This document shows, one piece after another, positions 12,791-26,918 of a stretch of DNA of 64,000 bases (the first letter of the stretch is position 1; each line of letters begins with the position of its first letter). This stretch comes from Mytilus edulis. Its lineage: Eukaryota. The stretch covers positions 67,270,001-67,334,000 of the forward strand of contig NC_092344.1 of NCBI RefSeq assembly GCF_963676685.1, in the 5' to 3' direction. The position numbers were made by a program, and so were the translations under genes. The notes under the pieces were generated by a model, which saw only the letters and a program-made list of their open reading frames with translations, did not search any database and was not told the origin of the DNA.

Positions 12791-14118
12791 CCCCAATAAT
12801 AATATACTACATATTACATTCAAACCAGACAAAAAATACCGTGACAAACAAAATGTTAACACAAACTTATTTATTTATTTCAAAACTGCAATAACTGACA
12901 TACAGAATGCTTCAAAGTTTATTCTTATATGACGCCCTTATTACGCCGTGTTCTAATTAGCACAAACTATGTTTGCGACATGCGCATAAAGGAAAAAGGT
13001 TCTCGAAAGGTTGAAATTGACCCTAAATTATTTATGCATTTTAAATCGAGCCCAAAAATTTAAAATTTCACATAGAAATTATTTTGATAATACTTTTAAA
13101 AAGCAATAATTTGTTAGTACCTTCCTTTAAAATTTATGAAGCTCTGACCCCCTAAATAAACATCACTTGTATTTAAGGTAAATTTTGGTATTTTTTTCAA
13201 TTATTTTAACTTTTTTTTGGCATTATTAAGCTTGACCGCCATCCAAGATTCAGAACATTTTTATATTGATGTAATCTATATCAAAATTGGAATCTTTTGG
13301 TTACAAAACATTTAAGATCGTATACGTGGCGGCCAAGGTTTTCCTAAAGCCTTTAGGTCTGAAAATTGCACAACATAATCATATTTTGAAAAAAAATGTC
13401 CAAAATGGGTCTACTTTGGAGAATCTTATGCACTCTTATGAAAAGAACTCATTTATTAAGCATTGAGGTATTTAAAATAGATCCATTACTAACCAAATTG
13501 TGACGTTTTTTTGGTGTTTTATGATAAAGTTTATATTTTAGGCCATTTTGTGCCATAAGTGAACATTGTCCCTTAATGTTTGTATTCTCGTTATTTTCAT
13601 TTTATAATAAAAGATATACATTTTAGCAAATTACACACTTTTATTACATATTGTTGATCAAACAGTGGGACACCCTTAAAATGACGTTAACGGAATCGAA
13701 ATGAACGAAGCTTCTTATTATATAATTATAAAAAGCACAAACTCATCTATATTATTGATTTCTTTTGTTTATTTCCTTTCGATTGATATGCAGAACATGG
13801 ATATCCATTGAATAGGAAAAGAGCTTGAATCGGAATAACCGGCTATCTATCACACTTTTCAAAAAAGACACCAACATGACCAAAACCCGCTTCTGAAATG
13901 AAAAGGGAAATATGATGCACGCTCACTGGAACAGTAATGAGATGATTCAAAGTATGGCGCGGAATCAAGGTAATAATTATTGAGTTTAGCATATGCTGAA
14001 ATGAATTTAACATATGCTGAAAAGAATTCAGCACACTAAAATGAATTAAGCATATGATATGATCAACTCAATAATTATGACCTTGATCATTGGTAATAAT
14101 ACCCAATATATAAATACG

Positions 14119-14447
14119 GAGATATAGTATGACTGCAAATGAGACAACTATCCACCAAATATGAAATGAAATGTATGTAAGCAATTAGAGGCAACTGTAC
14201 GACCTTCAACAAGGAGAAAAAAATCATACCGCATAGTCGGCTATAAAAGGCTTTTTTATATATAAATAAGGCCGTTAGTTTTCTCGTTTGAATTGTTTTA
14301 CATTGTCATTTCGGGGCCTTTTATAGCTGACTATGCGGTATGGGCTTTGCTCATTGTTGAAGGCCGTACGGTGACCTATAGTTGTTAATTTCTGTGTCAT
14401 TTTGGTCTCTTGTGGGCGGTTATCTCATTGGCAATCATACCACATCT
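14119..14447. repeat. Two oppositely oriented copies of a short interspersed repeat (agatgtggtatgattgccaatgagacaact family)
   Basis: 14119-14270 is the reverse complement of about 14316-14447. Other copies at about 21965, 23840, 38540 and 41680. Confidence 0.75.
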
Positions 14448-17400
14448 ACTTTTTTTTATATTTTATTGCGAAAACTATCTCGATTTTGCATTAACGATTC
14501 TTATAATAACTTTAATGCATTAAAGGCTGCTAAAACAAAAATACTTACAGGGCCAAATTTAACCTTTGTCATTTTTGGCTGTGCTATAGAGATTTAGTTT
14601 TTGGCGATATAATTCACTAAGCTATTCATATCTAATTGGCTTTCTAAATGTATGTTGCCGGTCTTTCGAGCTAGCGTACGCTTAAATTTTACTTGTAAGT
14701 CGATATATGCATTCCCTTTTAAAACGTATTGGAGGAAATAAAGATTCTTCTATCAATTTATTGCCATTTATTGTAATGAAATAAAAGATGAGTGATGAAA
14801 TTTCCCAATTTATTCATTAGTTATTCAGTTTGGTTTTTATTTAATATTTAAGAACGGTTGCATCATAATTGTCTTATACATCCTAGTGTCAATTTATGAA
14901 CGTTTTAATATCACGTTTAAGTTTGAAATGTATGCATATCGTGCAGACAATATTAAAAATGATGAACAATATTGGGTTGTTTTTGCTTAAATAAAATTTA
15001 TATCATCGCATAAATCTTTTTAGAAAAATTGTGCTTGCTCACTGTGACGCTGAATGCACTTGCGTTTTTATTTAAGATTAATTTGGCAATTCCACCATAT
15101 GTCGAATTTTACAAAATTATTCATTACGACACATAAATGCAATTTAATCTGTGAAGAAATACCACGGAGTAATAAGATTCGAACGCGTTTCAAGAAATTT
15201 GTTTTAGTTTTGTGTGAAAACCTGAAGACGGCTATGATTAGATAATTATATTTCAAGAGAGTTCCAGGTCGAAGATCTTTCATAAAAATTACAAATTAAC
15301 GGCGATATCATCAGTACTTTGACGAAATTTATCAATAATCATCAACATTTGAATTTTAAAAACATTCGTAGATTTAAAATTATGTTGATTAAATTGTAAA
15401 AAAAATCAGTTATACTTTAATTTGATTTGATGTATGATCTCTTGGCATGGTAAGCAAAGGTAACAAATTTCTTTAGAAGGGTTTCTTGTGTTTGATATCG
15501 CGCGACAAATTTTAATCGTCTGCTTTCATTAAAGTACCGGAAATGATCAAAGTAAAGAGGTCTTTGTAAGCAAAATGTAGATTATGATTTTAATCGGCTA
15601 TAATCTGAAAGATTTTGGTCAACCCAATTAACCCAATGACTTCTTATAATTTTCAGGTAAAATTTAGATTACGTTTACTTTAGAGTGAAGTAGTACACAA
15701 TTTCAACGATTCTCTGGTGTACGCAATAATATTAGTACACCACATTTTTAATTGTTGATAATACATGCATGGAATTTTTGTTTTCCATGATTCCAAATGA
15801 AAATGTTTCATTTTTAACCGTCTATTCGATAAAAAAAAATATACACGAACGATATCGTGAAAATGATATATTTAGTAAATAATCATTAGCAATAAACATT
15901 CTTTACTTTATTTATTAAAAAAAGTAAAATATATTTTTATTTTAAAATTTACAAAACATTGATTATTGCAACATACAATATAAACTATAAGGGGCAATAT
16001 TTACTTAAATATAATATTAATAAAACATCATTCCCGCAGCTATTATATTTTGAATTAAAGTTTTTTTAATTTAAAAAATGTATGTTGCTAGTATTGGGAC
16101 AGAATCTATTTGTGCCAATGAACTGTTACAGTTTAGAAAAGGTATTAATTGCACAACTTTATATTTTGAAAATAACATGCAAACAAAAAGCAACTGATAT
16201 GTTTAATATCTGAACAACCTTAAAATAATTAATTAAGAGGCTGAGATCTTTAAAATTGACGAAGAACATTTAAAAAAGAAAGAAAAGAAAGATTCAGAGC
16301 GATGAGCTGTTATATATATCTTTATTCTCATAAACCAAAGTACAATGGAACAGAGACATATACAAATAAATTAACATAGTATAAATTTTAAATACAAATG
16401 TAAAATAGAGATATAAAGGAGATTCTAGGCATTTCATAATAATTCTTATAAACTTGCACAGATTGTTTAGTTCAGACGGGTTGCTACTATTCATTAGACC
16501 TTGAAATTTTAAAATATTTGGTCTGTTTATAAAATAATGCTTTAGTAGCAGTTGTCTACTATCGTCTATTGCCGAGCATTCTAAAATATAATGGAACTCG
16601 TCGCCAATGTCACCGGAATTGCACAAAGTACAAATACGATTTTCTCTCTGAATGTTTTGCCATCTACCAATTTCGATAGGAATTTTTGTGTTCAACGTTC
16701 TAAATCTACAAAAAGAAGCAATATTTTTGTCATCTAAAATATCAAAGTAGGTTTCGAAATTTATACTATTTTTGAATAATTTATAATTTAGAGCTTTTGG
16801 CGAATACTGTACAGTAGCATACCATGTCTGTCTGAACTGGTCAGTTAATCTTAATTTAACAGTATCATACAACCAGTTTTTTCTTATAAAATATTTAGAG
16901 TTCGATATATTTGATAGTCCACAATTATCAAGCACAGATTTTACATTCTTACACCAAGCTATATATTTCCATTATAACTACCAGTAGCAAGATTGTATAG
17001 AATAACAGGAAGTTTCTTATTTTCCCCAGTTACAAGCTTTTCCCAATTATTAATAGTACGTAATTTAATAAAAATATCCAGTGGGAATCGGCCAAGTTCC
17101 CCATATATCATATAATCAGGCGTGGATTTTTTAAGATTAAGCAGTAATTTCCAAAATTTTAGATGAACACGTTCTATAACAGAGGTGTTACCCTTTCCCC
17201 AGACTTCACACCCGTATAATAATATAGGCTTAACTACTTTGTCAAATAATTCTATTTGACATTTAATATTCAAATTATGTAATTATCTCCCCTTTTTTAG
17301 AATATCGTACATAGCCCTTGTTGCTTTATCAGCCTGTGCCTTTTTTTTGCTTTTGTGAAACTTCCTGTTCTAGAAAACAATACACCAAGATATGTAAATT

Positions 17401-17889
17401 ATTCAACAATATCTAACTCAACATCAGCATATTTAAAACTAACATTTTGTAGTGGTCTACCTTTAGAAAAAATTACTATTTTGCTTTTAGGGACATTGAC
17501 TTTTAATTTCCATGTATCACAATATTCCTTTAAAGCGTCTAATTGTTTTTGTAGATCTGCTTGTGTTTCTGACAAAAGTACAGTGTCGTCTGCGTACAAT
17601 ACAACAAACAGTTTTAAATACATACTTAGCTCGTTCTCTATTTGATCTGATAAAGATTTCAAACCATTTATATTTTTGTTCTGAAAAAAGCTTTCTAAAT
17701 CATTTAAATAAATAGAAAAAAGTATGGGAGATAAACTTTCTCCCTGTCTTACACCTACATTACATGGAAAGTAGTCTGAATATTCCCCATCACTAAAAAT
17801 TCGTGATTTCACATTTTTATACATATTAAATATAGTGTTATAGATCTTCCCATTCACTGTATGTAAAATGAGTTTTGACCATAGACCAA

Positions 17890-19648
17890 GGGCCTGTTTA
17901 TCGAAGCTCTCTTAGGATTAGGACGTGTCCTAAGACCAACTTAGGACACATCTTAGTCCTAAGTGGGTTTATTAAACATGTCTCAACTTAGGAAAATCCT
18001 AGGAATTGTCCTAACTTTGGGATACCAATTTAGGTGTCTTAAGATGGTCTTAGGATGGTCCTAACTTTAGGATATATTCAATTTCGCCTTTTGATCATTT
18101 TCACACGTATTGTTGTTTTGACTAGTAGTAAAATAGTTGAAATACTCCAGGGGTGGTGTTCTCGAAAGTATCCTAAGATTCGTCCTAAGACACATCTTAG
18201 ACCAATTTTAGGATGGACTTAAGATCAACTTAGGACACTCTTAAGTGATCTTAAGTTGTGTCTCGAAGCTATCTCAGACGAATCTTATGTTAGGACGTCC
18301 TAAACATATCCTAAGTCGAAACTTTAAATCGTTAAAGATATTTTTTGATAAAACATTTATTACAGACGAAATTATTTAATAAAATTGTTTACGAATTTTA
18401 TAATAACATGTACAGAATTAAATGCATAATTACCAATGTAATTATATTATAAAAAGATTGTTATTTAAACTGGAAAACAATTTTGCTGTTTTTGGTTATT
18501 ATCTTGAATATTATTATAGATAGAGATAAACTGTAAACAGCAATAATGTTCAGCAAAGTAAGATTTACAAATAAGTCAAAATGACGGAAATGGTCAGTTG
18601 ACCCCTTTAGGAGTTATAGCCCTTTATAGTCAATTTTTAACCATTTTTCGTAAATCTTAGTAATCTTTTACAAAAATCTTCTCCTCTGAAACTACTGGAC
18701 CAAATACTTCCAAACTTTAACTGAATGTTCCTTAGGGTATCTAGTTTGTAAATTGTATCCGAAGTTATGATCTATCAACAAACATGGTCGCCATTGCTAA
18801 AAATAGAACATAGGGGTCAAATGCAGTTTTTGGCTTATAACTCAAAAACCAAAGCATTTAGAGCAAATCTGACGTGGGTAATATTGTTTATCAGGTCAAG
18901 ATCTATCTGCCCTGAAATTTTCAGATGAATCAGACAACCTGTTGTTGGGTTGCTGCCCCTGAATTGATAATTTTAAGGAAATTTTGCTGTTTTTGTTTAT
19001 TATCTTGAATATAATTATAGATAGAAATAAACTGTAAACAGCAATAATGTTCAGCAAAGTAAGATCTTCAATTAAGTCAATTTGACCAAAATTGTCAATA
19101 GACCCCTTAAGGAGTTATTGCTCTTTAAAGACTTTTTTCACAATTTGTTCATCATGTTGACTTACTTTAAAAAATCTTCTCCTTTGAAACTGCTGTATCA
19201 ATTTCAGCCAAACTTAGGCTAAATGAGTTTCAGAGTATCTAGTATAAATTTTATATTTTATTTCCTTGTATGTCAAGAAACATAGCTCCTATGGCTAAAA
19301 TAGAACATAGGAGAAAATGATTATTTTTTTTGGCTTTTGAAGAAAATAGGACGATCCAAAAAACATTTAAATAAATTGAAAAGCCAAAATAATCATTGAT
19401 GAGAGATTTAACCAAAAGAATTAAGGTGAGCGATTCAGGCTCTTGAGAGCCTCTTGTTTCATATCTAATTTGTATTTTCTTTTCCGCCAATACTTAGGAC
19501 ATCGGTTAGGAGGTCCTAGCTAAGATATTCCTACGATAGCTTCGATGTGCATGCTGAGTCGTGTCGTAAGTCGGTCCTAACTTTATCCTAAATTCTGTCC
19601 TAAGAAATTCTTAGGACGGAACTTAGGACAGTTTCGATAAATAGGCCC
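17890..19648. mobile_element. Non-autonomous PIF/Harbinger-type DNA element inserted in the LINE RT domain
   Basis: TIRs GGGCCTGTTTATCGAA / TTCGATAAATAGGCCC. Flanks CAA and CAG (3-bp CWG-type TSD, one mismatch). Removing it restores RT frame DTVWRSGLWSKLILHTVNGK. Subterminal CTTAGGA/TCCTAAG arrays. Confidence 0.85.
18477..19458 (+). mobile_element. 5'-truncated HINE-like element nested in the Harbinger-type MITE
   Basis: Homologous to 3661-4761, with internal period about 501 bp (18481 vs 18982). 3' end aggtgagcgattcaggctcttgagagcctcttgtt. Confidence 0.8.
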
Positions 19649-20489
19649 CAGATCTCCAAACTGTATCGAAAGCTTTAGCAAAATCAATAAAAGCACATTT
19701 TTGTCTCAGTAATTTAAATAAAATATGCAGAGTAAATATACTGTCTATAGTGGAATATCCCTTTCTGAAAGCAAATTGTTTTTCATTTAACAAAAAATAT
19801 TCTTCCAAAAAGTTACTCAGTCTTAAATTCAAAATTGACGTAAAAAGTTTACCCATACAGCTTAATATAGTTATTGGTCTGTAGTTTTGGGGATCTGACT
19901 GGTCACCTTTTTTATATAAAAAGGTATAACATTGCCAACAAGCCAAAGTTCAGGCACTTTTCCAGTTTCAAATACAATATTGAACAGTTTTACATAGATT
20001 GGCATGAAAATCTGAGTGGTGCTCTTAATATATTCATTAATGACGAAGTCATCGCCACAAGCTTTGCCATTCTTAAAATTTTGGATGCATTTAAAAATTT
20101 CATTTTCCGTAATAGGACTGTTTAATAGTGAATTAAGTTCGTTACTCTCATCTATAATAATTTCTTCACCAGCGTCAGGATCTGACGAATTTAAATTTTT
20201 GAAAAATTCAAAAAGTATATCGACAGGAATATTATTCCTTTTTTTTTCTTTATATGAGTTCAATATCTTCCAAAATTCTTTAGAATTACTTTTTTTTAAA
20301 ACATTCATCTTTTTTCTCATGGCTTTTTTATGCTTATTAATAGAAATGTTCATTTGCCTCTTATATTCACGTTCTGTGTTCTTCATCTCCTCTCTTTTTA
20401 AACATGTTTTATTGTATTTATATCTTCTTTTTGATATTCGAAAGCAACGCCTTTTTTCCCAACAGGAGGGAAGTCAATCATTTAGTTAA

Positions 20490-21954
20490 TATATACATGT
20501 ATTAGTAAAAATGAATATATTCATAAAATTACAATTGGCGCAATTAGATGATTTTTTATTGGCACTAATAATACCTATTCTTTCTAGATTGAAGTGGCGC
20601 AGAAGTAGCATTGGCGTAAATAAGTTGTGGCGCAAATGAGTTCATTTTTGACGTAAAAAGATATCGCCCTATGGTTGCAAGTGACACAATATCAACCACA
20701 GACTAAAGAACAAGATAACTTTTACGAGGAGTTCCAAAATTGTGCTGTAGAAACTACATATTTAATTCATTTTGTTATTTTTAGTTTTCTTTCAAAAATG
20801 AGATGTTATCAATTACTTTTTATATACAAATTCATTACCCAGTTAAATAAGGAGAAATGTTGGCGATAATTTGGATAATAATTTTGTCATCTATTTTCGA
20901 AGCGAGCGGTCCAGTCAACAACAAGTCAATATTGTGTTACCTTATATATATCAGTGACAAATCATGAATATATGTCTTTTGGTAGAAAAATATTAAACAG
21001 ATATATCATGTTAAGGAGGGGTATTTGCGAAAAATACCAGTCGGGAGAATGTTAAATTTCGCGAGCCATAAGGCGAGGGAAATTCATTCTCAAAACTTTT
21101 AAATTACACCGAATGCGCATTGCTGATCGTGACGTTACAAGCGTTCAGTCTGGACGCTTGTAAGGCAGTCGGATAGAGTATTTTTTGGCAAATATCAACG
21201 ATGTAAAATTGTTTCATATACGAAAATTATGTAATAACCATAAAAGTTAATTTGTGATATTTCATTTTACATGTTTTTAACAGTGATTATTGAAACGCTG
21301 TCTCCCGATTATAATCCTATAATGGCAGATATCATTTTCATTTGAAATTCAAGTTGTAATTTATTGCAAAATAAAATAACGATAAACAAACGAATACTAG
21401 AAATAGACGGTACAGAAAGGTAACTGGTTTCAAATGGCGTACACCAAAATGTATCAATATTCAATTATTTACGATATTAAACCTACTAAATGCTTACTAC
21501 TGCAATGGCTTATTTTGCAGAACTATTTTTCATTTCACAAAACCTGTGTTTATTAGCTTAATTTATTTTCAAAGACCTTTTTTTGTTTTACTTTTTCACA
21601 ATAGAATTTGTATGATTTATTCAGACAGATTTTTTTTTAAAACTTTTTCTTTATTACTACTCTATTTCAACATTTATTTAACTTCGTTATCAATGATTTT
21701 CAAAAGTTTTGAATTTTCTTTTGACGACAACATCGATAAAAAAAGATAGATGGAAATAAACAACTATGAATAAAAAAAAACTACAACAAAATTTAGCAAT
21801 ATACATTTTTTTATTGAAAATGAATATCCAGACTCGGCGTTTTGCATTTGCGCCGATCTGCATTTCATTTGCGCCGATTTTTTCTTTCATTTGCGCCGAT
21901 TTTTGTTTTCATTTGCGCCGATTTTTTACAGGTAAATTACAGGTTAATTACAGG
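20490..21954. mobile_element. Decayed non-autonomous DNA element with oppositely oriented GGCGCAAAT/ATTTGCGCC subterminal motif arrays
   Basis: tggcgca(a) motifs at 20535-20640, four atttgcgccgat units at 21846-21922, and terminal (tacagg)x3. It abuts the truncated 5' end of the LINE; left terminus not resolved. Confidence 0.55.
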
Positions 21955-24900
21955 TGAATAGATATAAGAAGATGTGGTATGAGTGCAAATGAGACAACTC
22001 TCCATCCAAGTCATGTTATTTTCAATTTATCATTATAGACCTCTTCTGTCATCCAGTTGTACACTATATTCACATACTTTAAAACCATTATATGTTGTGC
22101 AGATACGTATTTTCCACTTTTTTCTAGCTTAGAAATTTCGAACTTCATATGATCTATATTTTTAAGTATTGCTTTAAGCTTTGTTATCTAAAGTATTGTT
22201 TTAATTTGAGCTTAAATTCGTTAAGGACAATTTTAAAAACAGATATTTTCACTCGTTATGGAAATAATGACAATTTCCTGTGGACTTACGACTCTTATTT
22301 ATAATGTAACAAGTTTCAATTTTCTATATATCGTTTAAAGATATAGTGAAAGCATGAAACGGTGAAACAACGTTGTTTTTTATGAATACCTTTTCCCCGT
22401 ACCTCGTAGTGTATAGTTGTTTTAGCCAGAGCCGTTTACAGTTTAACATTTTTTATCGAAGATAAAATAAATCTAAAATACAAACGAATGAATCTTAATA
22501 AGGACGTCTAACGGGTTGATAAGCTTAATTAACATGTCTTAATCTATTTCAATCTACATTTATTGCTTTCTTTAATTTGACAATATTGAACATAACACTA
22601 AACATTAACAGATTTTGATTCGGACACAGAAAATTAAACGCTTTAATCTTGTCTTAACTGTCTGTCGGCATGAGAACAGTAAGGCGTATGAGAAAACCGG
22701 CATCTGCTATCAATGGGCATATTGTTACATTAAGAAGAAAAGAGACGGAGTAAATCATTTCGTCCAACCACCCACAGTTCTATAAAGTTTAGTTAACTAA
22801 ACCAATTCACAAAAATCATATCTGATTTGAATTTTTAAAAACACTCATTCTACTCTTAATGTATTTATCAACTTTTAATTTGTTTTTATTGGATTAAGCT
22901 CACTGAAGTAACATATTCAAACATGAAAAGAAAATCAGCACCCCATGGTAAAAACACACGTGCAGTCACGCGAATTGTAACAAATATTATAATCATCACT
23001 TTTTTCTCCAATAATTGACAACTTAACAACACCTACAGATACAAATTGGTCATCAAAGATCCTTTCGAGAATGGCATACGTCCGGGCGCATGCAAGGAAA
23101 CTAATTATTGATAATTGTTTATGTATTAAATTTTCATAGAGACCGTTCTTCAGATAGTCAATGCTTTGTTTGTTTGTGATTTGATGATTATAAACCCTTT
23201 GACAGTTTTCCCGAACCATTCCCGTATTTAGTCTTCTTTAATGACACTTACGAAATGTAGCTATGATAAATTAGTAGAAATTTCCGGAGTTTGTTGAATG
23301 TGTTGTGTTGTACTTCGTTGTCAGTTTGTGCAAGTCATTATCTCAAAACTACCAGATTATGATTAATTCATATAAATGAGACGATTATGGGTCAGTCAGT
23401 CAGTCAGTCTATTAATAATAGATTTAAATTACTTTTCAATTTAGTCCAGTTCAAAGATAATGTCTTTTAAAAAGGTTGTAATATTGATAGATCTTATATA
23501 GCAAGTCGTAGATGTGCTGTGTGATATTAGCTGCGCGTCATACCAATGTGATGCATTCAAATAGGTGTTAAAGGGACGTGTCTTAAAGATGTAATGTAAT
23601 GATTTAAAGAATTGCAATGAATATATATCTTTAAACAGTTTAAGGGAGGACTGAGCGCTCACAAATATGTTGAATACCGCCACAGTCTTTATGTAGCTGT
23701 CCCAAGTCGGGAACTTGTACTTTAGTGGTTTGTGTAGTTGCTGCCTGTCGTGTTTGTATTTCGTTTATTTATTTTTTCATTTCTCATAAATCCGGCTGAT
23801 ATTTTTTTCTATTGCTGAATAATTTCACATTTTGTCATGTCGGGGCTCATTATAGCGGACTATACGACATTTGGGTTTCTCATTGTAACATATAATTGCA
23901 CACGTCCACGTTATTTGCACTATGGCGGTTAGTTGTCTCATTGGCAAGCATACAACGTCTCCTTATTCCCAGATTTGTATTTAAAATGAAAATTGTTTCT
24001 AGCTATATATAACACTCCGGCAAGAAATGTTTTTGATTATATTTGACTCGATATGTTCGTTCTTTTTTTAATGTGTGGTAGGTTTATTTCCCGCCTACTA
24101 CACACCTACTTTTATTCGGATCGTTATCTATTTATACTCATAAACTCGAAAAACTGGTCTTTGATGGTATCCAAGGAAACAAAGTTGTATCGACAAAGTG
24201 GTACCAATTCTAAATCCCTTAACCAAATTATTGGTTAAAGCGTATTTTTCTGGGATTCCCAATGGATATATGTTTGTAACCTCTTTTAAATTTTTCTCGT
24301 TGAAACTCTGGAGACAAGGATACCAGTTTCCACTGCTGTTTAAGATTAAGATATGAAATATAAAACGTATTCATGACTGTTTTTTATGTCTCAGACACAA
24401 TAAGACTGTAAAATTGTTATCATTGGTCTCCAGAATAGAGTTTTCTCGTTGGTATTCATGTACTACATCTTCTTATTCTTATATGTGTCAGATAGTTTAT
24501 TTGTTATTTTTAATAACAAAACACAGTCCTGAGGTGTCTGTTGGAGTAAATAAAACTATTTTATTTACTCCCTCCAATTGCTTTATTAAGAAACGTTCTA
24601 TCATTTATTATAATTGACGCGGAAATGTGTCGTGATTGCCAGGAAGACAACTAGCCACCCGAAACCAAATGACAAGGATGTATAATAGTTTACAATAAGG
24701 TCCAGCATTTTATAAATATATTACAACATAAAGTTCAAAATTCAATTATATTAAAACAAATATTAAACTTAATACTGTTATTTAGACTAAACAAAATATG
24801 CTTGAAAATATGCTTATTTTTTTTTACAAAAATCCCAATTAAATTTCAGTGTTGTAAAGTAGACAAACTGTTCTATAAAAATACTTCCAGATATCAACAC

Positions 24901-26819
24901 CGTTTATAGCATTCATGCTGTTCTAGTTTTTGGAACCTGACCTGATGCACATAATTAAATGTTTATTGTTGTCAATAAAATTCGTTGTTTGCAACTGTCA
25001 TACAAATGGGAGGTTCTGTTAAGTTAAAAAATGAAAATGATATTTGTTTTTCATTTGCGTTTGATTTTTTTGATTTTTTGATTTTGCCACTTGTTAAAGG
25101 ACTTTCCGTTTTGAATTTTCTTAGAGTTAGTTGTTTTTGTTTTTTACTTTATACATTTAAATATTCCAGAGTCATTTGGTAAATAACTTTTAACACTAAA
25201 ACTGCTTTTTATATAATGATTATCTGCAGCGAAAACAACAAAAAGACATATAAGAAAAAATGTGCTAAGGTTACTTATTTTTTAGTGTAATGAATTCTAA
25301 GATAGATAAAATAAACACTTTAATAATGATTCCAATACAATACAGATCAATACTTCTTGCCTGCAATGATAAAACCAGTGCCAACGAAATATGTCTGCTG
25401 TAATATCAAAGGTGCCAATGACTTAATCTCGCCTTCAACAATACCAGTAAAATTGATAAGACATTGAATTCCTCAGGAATATATGCTTGCAATGCGTACG
25501 TTGTGATATCAAGGTTCAAATAAAATATGCTTGCCTGCAATTTTACCAGTAAAGTTGATAAGACATTAGATTCTTCCAAAAGATATGCTTGCAATGAGAC
25601 AATATGCACGAAAAATAAAATTTAGCACGACAATTCCTTGCAATGACACGTATAGCGCCCAGAAGATGTTATTTTCTAAATATAAGAAAAAAGCGATAGA
25701 TATACATGCCACACTACGTTAATGTATTTTTATGATCTGCACAAATTAATGCTTTCTTTTTTTTCTAAGAGTGTAGACTAGATTGATTATAATGTTATCC
25801 GGATACGACAATTGAAATGCCAAACAGTTTATCAGCTGTACAAAGACCAAACAAATACAACAGTAAATTTAAGGATATAAATAATGGCAACAGTAGTATA
25901 CCGCTGATCGAAATTCATAAATCGATTGAGAAAAAAAATCCGGGTTACAAACGAAAACTGAGGGAAACACATCAAATATAAGAGGAGAACTATAACACAA
26001 CAGAAACACAACATTGAAATGTTACACACACAGAAACGAACTATGATAAAACAATGGCCATTTTCCTGACTTTGTACAGGACATTTTGATAAAAAAAAAA
26101 TCTCCCGCTTTTATGGCAATGTTAAAAATAACAATAAAATGATTATAGGTTCTATGTAACAATCATGGGGAAAATAAGTATGCTTAATATAATCCGTGGA
26201 CTGTTTCTGATACAAGATTAGCTCACTATAATGACATTTTCTCTGATAACAACTTGGATTGTTCATTAAAAAATAAATAAAAAATTTAAAATCCATGTAT
26301 CATTAAAATGAGTTCAATGAATATTGCTTTTTCATTGCAGAAATGGTTTTAAATATCGCCGAAATTCACTTGATTTTTTTTAAAGACGACATTAAAGTTA
26401 ATAATCAGTAAATGAAAATATCACTTTGTGAATTTATTGCGCCAAAAGTAATTTTCTGATTATCCTTGATCGGGAATAAACGTACAAACTAAATATTTGA
26501 AGGGCAGACATGTACAAATATCGAAAACATTGATACGATATAACTAAAAGTAAACTAAAGAGACCTGTAAATTACATCTAAGATTAGCTTTGTGGTTGGA
26601 GCTTGAACCATACTTTTAAATAATTTCAAAATTTGTCTTCGGGAAATTTTTTAAAAAGCATGTCATTAATCTTGTTCATATCAGCACACTGACTACCGTG
26701 TTGGATGATTCATTACCTTTTGGGTACAAACAGTCCACCAGCAGTGGTATAGACGCAGTGCTAGTAGATGAAAAGATATCCTGTTGAATTTATGCGTCCA
26801 TCATTTTTGTATTTTTAAG

Positions 26820-26918
26820 ATTCTGAACGCATTGGATTGATAGAGAACTGTATCCCTGATAAAATACAATGATAAGACATTTAAAGCATGTACAAATCTT
26901 GCTACTATTAGTAGATGA
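26820..26918 (+). pseudogene. Decayed duplicate of the exon-like segment at 27333
   Basis: Aligns with 27315-27410 including the upstream polypyrimidine tract. Acceptor weakened to taag, with a frameshift: DSERIGLIEN../LIKYNDKTFKACT. Confidence 0.5.

Larger units (their letters stand above)
16290..20487 (-). mobile_element. 5'-truncated, degraded non-LTR retrotransposon (LINE; provisionally RTE-X-like) pol, interrupted at 17890-19648
   Basis: Minus-strand ORF pieces carry RT motifs KKGD..DPQNYRPITILSCMGKLFT, AFIDFAKAFDTVWR, GVRQGESLSPILF and LYADD. They also carry PILLYGCEVWG and a C-terminal CCHC (RICTLC..DEFHYILEC). Several stops and frameshifts, AATAAA at 16326-16321, no endonuclease domain. 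Clade call is from motif memory only. Confidence 0.92.

Noticed and set aside
17355-20489. Plus-strand ORFs 17355, 17512, 19874 and 20016
   Set aside because: They are antisense shadows of the LINE pol frame.
22935-23219. 94-aa minus-strand ORF
   Set aside because: No recognisable motif and no convincing splice sites linking it to other segments.
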